Shown: positions 19,312 through 27,500 of the stretch, piece after piece
Layout of the letters: every line of letters begins with the position of its first letter
Numbering within the stretch: the first letter of the stretch is position 1
Origin: Candidatus Omnitrophota bacterium
GTDB taxonomy: Bacteria; Omnitrophota; Gorgyraeia; Zapsychrales; Fredricksoniimonadaceae
Direction: 5' to 3'
Assembly (NCBI GenBank): GCA_016201795.1
Contig: JACQCF010000002.1
Span: forward strand, 45,122-109,121
Length of the DNA: 64,000 bases
Notes under the pieces: model-generated
Seen by the model: only the letters and a program-made list of their open reading frames with translations
Told to the model about the DNA's origin: nothing
Databases searched by the model: none
Made by a program: the position numbers and the translations under genes

Positions 19312-21108
19312 ATGATTGCCCAAGTTGTTTTTGATCTGCCTTTAGAAGGCCCTTTCGATTATCTGATTCCTTCTTCCTTAAAATCTTCCATCGCTCCTGG
19401 TTTGCGCGTGAACGTATTGTTAGGCACTAAAAAACGCACAGGCCTGGTGACGGGTTTATTAGAGCAAAGTTCTTTTGAAAATTTAAAATCTATTAAATCT
19501 GTCATCGATGAAAAACCACTGTTAGATCAAGCCCAGATGGATTTAGGATCAGATTTGAGCCGTTATTACGGCTGTTCTTTGGGAGAGGCGCTTTTTACTA
19601 TTTTACGCGGATCTTCTGTTATTGAATCAAGTGTCATTGCGAGGAGCGAAGCGACGAAGCAATCTAATAAGATTGCCACGCTCCCTGCGGTCGCTCGCAA
19701 TGACAACAATGACAAACTAACACTACATGTTGTTCCTTCAGGAGATTATGTACCCATTCTGGTTTCTGTCATGAAACCTTTGGTGCAAAGAAAGCAGCGG
19801 GTATTGATTTTAGGGCCGGATCAGTTTGCCGTCCAAGCGATACAGGAGGCCTTAAAGAAATATTTCTCCAAAAATGATTACTTCATCGGCGCAAGATCAA
19901 TGGTGTTTCGTTCTTTGATGGGCATAGCTTTGGTGATGATGGTCGATGAGGACAACCCTTCTTATAAACAGGAACAAACTCCCCTCTATGAAACCCGTCA
20001 GGTACTTTTGATGCGCGCCAAGAGGGAGAATATCGATGTTGTCTTTATCAGCGCTACCCCGTCGGTGGAAATCATGGATTTGGTACACAAAGGCAAAATT
20101 CATCTCAAGAACTATCCGGCCAGGGGTCTGGTCAAACCGCAGGCCGTTGATTTAAATAATTACAAAATACTTTTGAAGGGGCTTTTGTCGCCGGCGGTTT
20201 TGTCAGCGCTTGAACGCAATGTCTCTGGCGGGACAAAATCGATTTTAGTGTTTAATCATCGCGGTTCTTATGCGGTCACCCGTTGCAGCGAGTGTGGTTT
20301 TGTACTCAAATGCGGGCGTTGTGACAGCCCCATGCTCTACTGGCGAGCCAAGAAACAATACTTCTGCCGCCATTGCTCTTTTCATTGTGAGCCAGACATT
20401 GTTTGCCCTCATTGCCAGGTGCCCAGTTGGAAATCTTTTGGTCTTGGCATTGAGCCATTGCAAAAAGCCTTGCAGGAAAAGTTTCCGACGTCAAGGATCC
20501 TGACTTTTGAGAGGCGCTCGCCACAGATTTTAAAGGATTATGATATTCTCGTCGGTACTTCGGCGCTTTTGCGGTTTAAATATCAGATACAAGCCGCACT
20601 GGTGGTGCTTTTGGATATCGATGAGGAACTTAATCGTTTGGACATACGCTCCTGTTTTCGTGCTTTTAGTCTGGCCGGGCATTTAAGAGGTATGGCCCAG
20701 GGACAGTTTTTGATTCAGACTCGTCATCCCAACCATTATGTGATCAAATCCTTTAGCGAAGATGACGCGGATATCTTTTACCGCGAAGATATGCGTATCC
20801 GCCGGGAACTGGCACTTTGCCCGTTTGGCCATCAGGTGATGATTCACCTGCGCTCTTTGCAGCAAAAACTGGGCCAACAAGCAGCGCAAGAACTTTATCA
20901 AGCATTGAACTCTTTGTCGTCCCCGAATGTTTCTATGAAGATTCACGCCCCCGTGGCGGAAGCGGTGGCTAAAAAGCGGGATCAATATCGTTTGAATATT
21001 CTGGTGCAAGGCGAGGATGTTATTGATATGATAGCCTTTATTAAAAAAGCCATGAGGCAGACCAAACGCCGCAGTAAGGTCATAGTAGTTTTAAATGTTG
21101 ATCCGTAG
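19312..21108 (+). CDS. Primosomal protein N' (PriA) homologue with degenerate helicase motifs
   Basis: Colinear with PriA: an N-terminal 3' DNA-binding domain, a helicase core and the Cys-rich zinc region (CSECGFVLKCGRCDSPM...CRHCSF...CPHCQ). Walker A reads VVPSGDY instead of GxGKT, motif II reads DEDN instead of DEEH, and motif VI reads LAGHLRG instead of QxAGRAGR. Confidence 0.75.
   Translation: MIAQVVFDLPLEGPFDYLIPSSLKSSIAPGLRVNVLLGTKKRTGLVTGLLEQSSFENLKSIKSVIDEKPLLDQAQMDLGSDLSRYYGCSLGEALFTILRGSSVIESSVIARSEATKQSNKIATLPAVARNDNNDKLTLHVVPSGDYVPILVSVMKPLVQRKQRVLILGPDQFAVQAIQEALKKYFSKNDYFIGARSMVFRSLMGIALVMMVDEDNPSYKQEQTPLYETRQVLLMRAKRENIDVVFISATPSVEIMDLVHKGKIHLKNYPARGLVKPQAVDLNNYKILLKGLLSPAVLSALERNVSGGTKSILVFNHRGSYAVTRCSECGFVLKCGRCDSPMLYWRAKKQYFCRHCSFHCEPDIVCPHCQVPSWKSFGLGIEPLQKALQEKFPTSRILTFERRSPQILKDYDILVGTSALLRFKYQIQAALVVLLDIDEELNRLDIRSCFRAFSLAGHLRGMAQGQFLIQTRHPNHYVIKSFSEDDADIFYREDMRIRRELALCPFGHQVMIHLRSLQQKLGQQAAQELYQALNSLSSPNVSMKIHAPVAEAVAKKRDQYRLNILVQGEDVIDMIAFIKKAMRQTKRRSKVIVVLNVDP
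19633..19703 (+). mobile_element. MITE-like palindromic repeat element inserted in frame within the priA-like CDS (copy 1)
   Basis: GTCATTGCGAGGAGCGAAGCGACGAAGCAATC...GCTCCCTGCGGTCGCTCGCAATGAC has terminal inverted repeats and a near-identical copy at 35103-35193. It encodes the low-complexity insert VIARSEATKQSNKIATLPAVARND. Confidence 0.7.
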
Positions 21109-21140
21109 GGGCGATTAATAATCGCCCGTACAAGGAGAAT

Positions 21141-22064
21141 ATGCGCATTGTATTTTTCGGTAGCGATGATTTTGCCGCTGTCTGTTTAAAAGAGCTTGAA
21201 CAAAGTTCCCATCAGGTTATTGGCTGTGTGACTGCGCCTGATGCTCGCCAAGGCCGGGGAATGAGGCTCGCTCTTTCTCCCATTAAAGCAATCGCCTTGG
21301 GAGCCAATCTTCTTTGCCTTCAGCCGCCGTCGCTCAAAGAAGAGGCTATAGTTAGCCAGCTTCAAGCCCTTGAAGCGGATATTTTTGTGGTGGTTGCTTA
21401 CGGAAAAATTCTAACCCAGACGGTTTTGAATATACCCAAAATTTTTTGTGTGAATGTTCACGGTTCTTTGCTTCCTCACTACAGGGGAGCGGCGCCGATC
21501 AACTGGGCGATCATCAACGGCGATCATCAAACAGGGGTGACCATCATGAAGGTCAATACGCGTATGGACGCCGGAGATATCATCAGCCAAAAGACCATCC
21601 CTTTATCAGAACATATCACTGCCGACCAATTACGGACACAAATGGCTCGGGTGGGAGGCAAGCTCTTGGTTAAAACGTTAGATGATATCCAGACCGGCCA
21701 CTATACTTGTACGGCTCAGGACGAATCTAAAGCCACCTTGGCCCCTAAATTAACTAAAGAGATGGGACGCATTCATTGGCAACAATCAGCCGAGGCGATT
21801 GATCAGCTCATCCGCGGCCTTAAGCCCTGGCCAGGAACATTTGCCACCTATAAGGACAAGATGCTTAAAATTTTGGAAGCCTCGGTGGTTAAGATGGAAG
21901 GCAAGCCAGGGACGGTGGTGGATATTGGCAAAGAAGGCTTTGTCGTCGCTTGCGGCCAGGATAGCCTTTTGGTCAAATGCGTTCATCCGCAGGCGGCCAA
22001 GATCATGCCGGCTTATGATTTTGTGCAAGGATATCGTTTGATGGCTGGTGAGCAGCTAACATAA
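21141..22064 (+). CDS. fmt: Methionyl-tRNA formyltransferase
   Basis: N-terminal RIVFFGSDDFA and the SLLPHYRGAAPINWAI formyltransferase core, with a C-terminal Fmt domain. Confidence 0.9.
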   Translation: MRIVFFGSDDFAAVCLKELEQSSHQVIGCVTAPDARQGRGMRLALSPIKAIALGANLLCLQPPSLKEEAIVSQLQALEADIFVVVAYGKILTQTVLNIPKIFCVNVHGSLLPHYRGAAPINWAIINGDHQTGVTIMKVNTRMDAGDIISQKTIPLSEHITADQLRTQMARVGGKLLVKTLDDIQTGHYTCTAQDESKATLAPKLTKEMGRIHWQQSAEAIDQLIRGLKPWPGTFATYKDKMLKILEASVVKMEGKPGTVVDIGKEGFVVACGQDSLLVKCVHPQAAKIMPAYDFVQGYRLMAGEQLT

Positions 22065-22083
22065 TTTGGGTTAAAATTACCTT

Positions 22084-23070
22084 ATGCCTCAAATACGTAA
22101 AGATTTCATCGTCAATCGTTGGGTGATTGTGGCTACCGAGCGGGGGCGTCGTCAGGCCGCGTTTGTGAGTCCGGTCAATCAGCAAACAGATCCTCACGAT
22201 TGTCCGTTTTGTCAGCCGATCGCTGACACTCCGCTTTTAGCCAACGACCGGGTGAGGGTTTTTAAAAGCGGCACACCTTTTTTTGTGGATGGAAAGCCTT
22301 TCAGCCGCCAGAGGCATGGCTTGTATGAAGTTTCTTCCAGCTGGGGCAGTCACGAGGTAGTTTTGGAAACCACTGATCACGTGGCCAATATGTCTGACTT
22401 GGCCCTTGAGGATATTCAGAAGGTTTTTGAAACCTATGCCCAGCGGATGCGCCTGCACCGCCAGGATCCGTCGATTCGTTATGTATTGGCTTACAAAAAT
22501 TACGGGGTTGCTGCCGGCAGCCGTCCTATCGGGCATGCCCGTTCGCAGATTATGGCTATTCCCGTTAATCCCGTGCGCGTCAAAGATAAAATCAGCGGCG
22601 CCAAACGTTATTTCGATTTTCATGAACGCTGCCTGTTTTGCGATTTGATTGATCAGGAACGTAAAGACGGCCAGCGCTTGATTCTGGAAAATGGAGAATT
22701 TTTGGCGCTGATGCCATTTGCCTCGCGGTTTCCTTTTGAAGTCTGGATTGTGCCCAAACGCCATTGTTGTGATTTTGCCCAAGGGATTACCGGCTATGAA
22801 GGTCAGTTGGCTCAAATAATCAAAGAACTTTTGCTGCGTTTTAAAGTGGGCCTTAATGACCCGGCTTATAATTATCTGATTCAGTCCGCTCCTTTTGAAG
22901 ATGGTGGCGGGTACAAAGAATACCCGACCATTGAAGAAGATTATCACTGGCATATCGAATTACTGCCGCGGTTAATGCGAGTGGCTGGTTTTGAGCGCGG
23001 GACAGGATTTTATATTAATCCCATTCCACCGGAGATGACGGCAGAGTTTTTAAGGGAAGTGAAAATTTAA
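22084..23070 (+). CDS. Galactose-1-phosphate uridylyltransferase-like HIT-superfamily protein (paralog 1; nucleophilic His replaced by Arg)
   Basis: CPFC zinc motif. The HxHxQ active-site block reads GHARSQ, so the position of the nucleophilic His (E. coli GalT H166) is Arg. Confidence 0.65.
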   Translation: MPQIRKDFIVNRWVIVATERGRRQAAFVSPVNQQTDPHDCPFCQPIADTPLLANDRVRVFKSGTPFFVDGKPFSRQRHGLYEVSSSWGSHEVVLETTDHVANMSDLALEDIQKVFETYAQRMRLHRQDPSIRYVLAYKNYGVAAGSRPIGHARSQIMAIPVNPVRVKDKISGAKRYFDFHERCLFCDLIDQERKDGQRLILENGEFLALMPFASRFPFEVWIVPKRHCCDFAQGITGYEGQLAQIIKELLLRFKVGLNDPAYNYLIQSAPFEDGGGYKEYPTIEEDYHWHIELLPRLMRVAGFERGTGFYINPIPPEMTAEFLREVKI

Positions 23071-23073
23071 TCC

Positions 23074-24072
23074 ATGCCTCAACTGCGTCGAGACCCAATA
23101 GTAGGCCGCTGGATAGTGATCGACAGCGATCATCCCAAAGAGCCAAAAGATTTTCCCAAAGAAGATCAAACGCCGTCTCATGCCGCGGTATGTCCGTTTT
23201 GCCCGCAGCGGGAGAGCCGCACGCCGCCAGAACTGGATGCCGTACGCCCCAACGGATCCGGGCCTAATACCTCTGACTGGCAGATACGCACTATACCTAA
23301 TAAGTTTCCCGCTTTGGTTCATGAAGAGCCTATGGAAAAAGAAGGGATAGGGATGTTTGATGTGATCTCCGGCTACGGCGCCCATGAGGTGGTTATTGAA
23401 ACGCCTGATCATAACAGACAAATGGCGGATCTCACCATCCAGGAATTGGTACTTGTTTTAAATCAATACCAGCGTCGCTATAAAGCTTTAGCTTCTGATG
23501 CGCGGCTAAAATACATCGTGATTTTTAAAAATTTCGGCCCCTCCGCCGGAGCGACCATCGAGCACAGCCATTCGCAGGTCATTGCTTTGCCCATGGTGCC
23601 CAAAACGGTGTTGGAAGAAATAGAGGGGGCTGAGCATTATCATCTGAGCCACGGTGCTTGTGTGTTTTGCACGATGTTAGCCCAAGAATATCAAGACAAA
23701 GATCGTCTGATATCAGAGAATAATTCTTTTGTTAGTTTTTGTCCGTTCGTGCCGCGGTATGCTTTTGAGACGTGGATGATGCCCAAAGCCCATCAGGCGC
23801 ATTTTGCCGATCTCAATGAGCAGGGAGTTCATGATCTGGCTTCTGGGCTTTTGGATACGTTAAACCGCATCAAAAAATGTTTATCGAACCCATCCTATAA
23901 TTTTTATTTGCATACCTCACCGATCAATTACGGCCGGCCCAACTGTTACCACTGGCACATTGAAATTATCCCCAAATTGACCCGCAGCATCGGTTTTGAA
24001 TGGGGCACGGGCTTGCACATTGTGCCGACGTTTCCCAATGAAGCCGCTCGGTATTTAAGGGACGCTAGATAG
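23074..24072 (+). CDS. Galactose-1-phosphate uridylyltransferase-like HIT-superfamily protein (paralog 2; intact HxHxQ)
   Basis: CPFC zinc motif and an intact EHSHSQ (HxHxQ) motif. In tandem with paralog 1, with a 3-nt gap. Confidence 0.7.
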   Translation: MPQLRRDPIVGRWIVIDSDHPKEPKDFPKEDQTPSHAAVCPFCPQRESRTPPELDAVRPNGSGPNTSDWQIRTIPNKFPALVHEEPMEKEGIGMFDVISGYGAHEVVIETPDHNRQMADLTIQELVLVLNQYQRRYKALASDARLKYIVIFKNFGPSAGATIEHSHSQVIALPMVPKTVLEEIEGAEHYHLSHGACVFCTMLAQEYQDKDRLISENNSFVSFCPFVPRYAFETWMMPKAHQAHFADLNEQGVHDLASGLLDTLNRIKKCLSNPSYNFYLHTSPINYGRPNCYHWHIEIIPKLTRSIGFEWGTGLHIVPTFPNEAARYLRDAR

Positions 24073-24110
24073 TTCTTGAAAGTTTATAGGGCCGGTTATA
24101 CAATTCAACT

Positions 24111-24479
24111 ATGTTTCAACGATGGATAGTTATCAGCGTAATAGCAAGTTTTCTTTTTATCTTACTGACAACGGCTTGGGATTATTGCCCCGCGAAACCG
24201 GGCCATCATTTCACGCCACGACTTTCTTCTATTTACGGTAATCAGTTTAAAGCCGTCCATCATCCGTGCACTTCACTCAAAGATGTTTATGAGATGTTGT
24301 CTGGTGTCTTCAGCATTGTCCCATCGGTGAACAAGGAGTCTCTAACTCTGCCGCTGATGGCGGCAGTTTTTTCTCTATCAATCAAGCATTCTCCTCATGC
24401 GTATGATCGTCCACCACCGTTAGCTTCTCCTCCATCAGCAGTTCCTTTGTTTCAACTCTACTGCAATCTCCGCATTTAA
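24111..24479 (+). CDS. Hypothetical small protein with an N-terminal hydrophobic segment
   Basis: The ORF sits in a 520-bp gap between GalT-2 and the RND gene, with an N-terminal TM/signal-like stretch (IVISVIASFLFILLTTAW). No recognisable motifs. It may be non-coding. Confidence 0.2.
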   Translation: MFQRWIVISVIASFLFILLTTAWDYCPAKPGHHFTPRLSSIYGNQFKAVHHPCTSLKDVYEMLSGVFSIVPSVNKESLTLPLMAAVFSLSIKHSPHAYDRPPPLASPPSAVPLFQLYCNLRI

Positions 24480-24593
24480 TCTCTTCTAACAAATAAGAGA
24501 GAGAAAACTCTTGATGGGCTGATTCTGTCTTTTTTTTGCGTCATTTTTTCTTTTTTATCAACTATAGATTTTGAAAAATGGGGTGCATTAAAT

Positions 24594-27500
24594 ATGAAAC
24601 TTGAAGAATTCTCACTCAAACAGCCACATTGGGTTATTGTCGGGGCCCTTTTGGTGGTTATTATTGGCGTAGTCTGCATGACCAGGCTCCCTAAAGATAT
24701 TTTACCCATTTTTAAAATTCCGGCCGTACAAATCATTACGTTTTACCCGGGAATGCCCGCGGAGGTCGTCGAGAAAGATATGACCACCCGCCTTGAACGC
24801 TGGACGGGTCAATCCAATGGAATAGCCATGCAAGAATCCAAATCCATGATTGGGGTGAGCATCCTGAAAGATTTTTTTCGATCCGATATTGATCCAAATA
24901 CCGCCATGTCGCAGGTCACGTCCTTTGCGATGTCCGATCTTTATTATCTGCCACCGGGGACAATTCCTCCGATGGTTATGCCTTTTGATCCGACGGCAAG
25001 CATTCCATTGGCTCTTTTGACCGTTGAGAATCCTGACATGAATGAAACCCAGCTTTATGACGTGGCGTATTTTAATTTGCGCAATATGCTTCAGGGCATC
25101 CCCGGTGTCATTGCGCCGGCGGTTTACGGCGGTAAGCTCCGTCGTATTTTGGCCTATATTGATCCCTACAAAATGACCCAGCTCAATGTTTCAGGACTTG
25201 ATGTTGTTCAAGCTCTTCTTGAGTCCAATGTCATGATTCCCACGGGAAACGCGAAGTTCAAAGACAAGGACTATCAAATCATTACCAATGCCATGCCCGA
25301 GAACGTTGATACCATGAACCAATTTTTGATAAGAGGAGAAAATGGCGTTCCAATAACAATAGGAGACGTGGGAAAGGTCGAAGACAGTCATCAAATCCAG
25401 ACCAACGTGGTTCATATCGCGGGTAAACGGCAGGTCTATATTCCTATCTACAGACAGCCAGGCGCCAATACGATTCAAATTATTGACAGCATGAAATCTG
25501 CCATCCAATCCCTGTTAGAACGGCTCCCCAGGGGAATGAGTTTGAAAATTGTCGCCGATCAATCGCAGTTTGTTCGCCAGTCGATCAAAAGTATTTATAG
25601 TGAAGTGGGGTTGGGAGGCGTTTTGGCTTCCCTGGTTGTCTTGATTTTTTTAGGAAGCTTGCGAGCTTCTTTCGCTGTTTTTCTTTCTATTCCTCTTTCC
25701 ATCTTGACGTGTTTTATCGCTCTTTATGCCACAGGAGAAACGATTAACGCAATGACGTTAGGAGGATTGGCTTTGGCCGTTGGAATCCTCATTGATAATT
25801 CCGTGGTTGTTTTGGAGAATTCGATCCGTCATTTCAAAATGGGGAAACCCATTCGGCAAGCCATTTTAGAGGCCACAGGTGAAGTGGCGATGCCTGTTCT
25901 GGCGGGTACGGTCTGTATTATCATCGTATTTATTCCCATTATTTTTTTTACCGGAATCGGTAAGTTTCTGTTTACGCCTTTAGCAAAAAGCGTGGCTTTT
26001 TCCGTCTTGGCCTCTTATGTGGTTTCTATGACGATCATTCCATTATATTGTGTGAGATTTATTTCAGAAAAGCATCGTGAAAAATCATCAGAAAAGGGAC
26101 ATGAAGGAAGATTCAATCGGTTTGCCCAGCGTTACCAAAAGTCCCTTTCTTCTCTAATGAAGATAAAAGGTGTTGTTATTTTTGCGGCGGTCATACTTTT
26201 TTGTGCCAGTCTCTTTCTTTATCCGTTCATCGGGAAAGAGCTTTTCCCTCGTTCAGATGTCGGTTACTTGACCCTTTATTTACATCTTCCGACCGGAACT
26301 CGTATTGAAAAAACCGAAGAGACCATGAAAAAAGTTGAACAGAGTTTAAATAATCTAATCAACACCAATAACATTGACACGATGATCACGAATATCGGCG
26401 TTTTATATGATTGGCCAGCAGCCTATACGCCCAATTCAGGCCCCGGAGATGCGTTTGTTGAATTGGAATTATCGCATAAAAAGAAATTCTCAACGGAGGA
26501 ATATGCAACTAAGATTCGGGAATTATTTAAGCGGGAATACCCGGATATCCAGATTGCCATTAATACGGGGGGGCTCATTACGGCTGCTCTTAATATGGGA
26601 CTTAGTTCGCCGATTAATATTCAAGTCGAAGGCAAGGACTTAAAGACTTCGATGCCGATTGCCGAGGAAATTGTTAAGCAAGCAAAGGAAGTTAAGGGAG
26701 CAGTTGACGTCAGGATTCAGGAGCATCTTGATTATCCACAAATTGAAATTGAATTAGACCGTGCTGTGATTGCCGAGAAGCGTATGACCGTTGAAGAGGT
26801 CGTCAAAAACATCGTAACGGCGCTTAATTCCAGCGTCAATTTCAAAGCATCATTCTGGATCGATCCTAAAAATGGGAACCATTATTTTCTTGGAGCGCAA
26901 TATCCTGAGGAATTAATTAAGAGTATAGAGACGTTGGAAAATCTCCCATTGACAGGAAAGAATCAGAAACAGATCGTCCTTTTAAAAGAGATTGCCAAAT
27001 TCAAAGAAACTTCGGCTCCATCGGAAATTAGGCATAGAAACATTCAGAGGGTTGTGAATATTTTTGTCAACACCAGCGGCCGGGATGTGGGGGCAGTCGC
27101 TTCCGAGATCAGCCAGCGTATCAAAGATATTAAATTGCCGGATGGATATCGCATTAATGAACGGGGAGAAGTTCAATCAATGCAGGAGTCGTTTCAAAAC
27201 CTCGGCGGCGGTCTGATGTTGGCTGTGATTTTGGTTTACCTCGTCTTGGTCGGGCAGTTTCGTTCATTCCGCGATCCCTTATTAATTCTCATCGCTGTTC
27301 CGATGGGGTTGATCGGAGTTCTACTGACATTGTGGTTAACCAAAACAACGCTTAATGTTCAATCTTTTATTGGAATTATTTTTATGGTGGGGATTGCTGT
27401 TTTAAACGGTATTCTCCTTATTGAATTTGCCAATCGCTTAAAAAGTGAAGGGCAAAGTGCTCAAGAGGCCGTAATTAATGCGGCCGGAGTCCGATTGCGG

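Noticed and set aside
22237-22953. 238-aa minus-strand ORF overlapping the first GalT-like gene
   Set aside because: It lies entirely antisense to a well-supported GalT-family CDS with conserved motifs. It is a shadow ORF without recognisable motifs.
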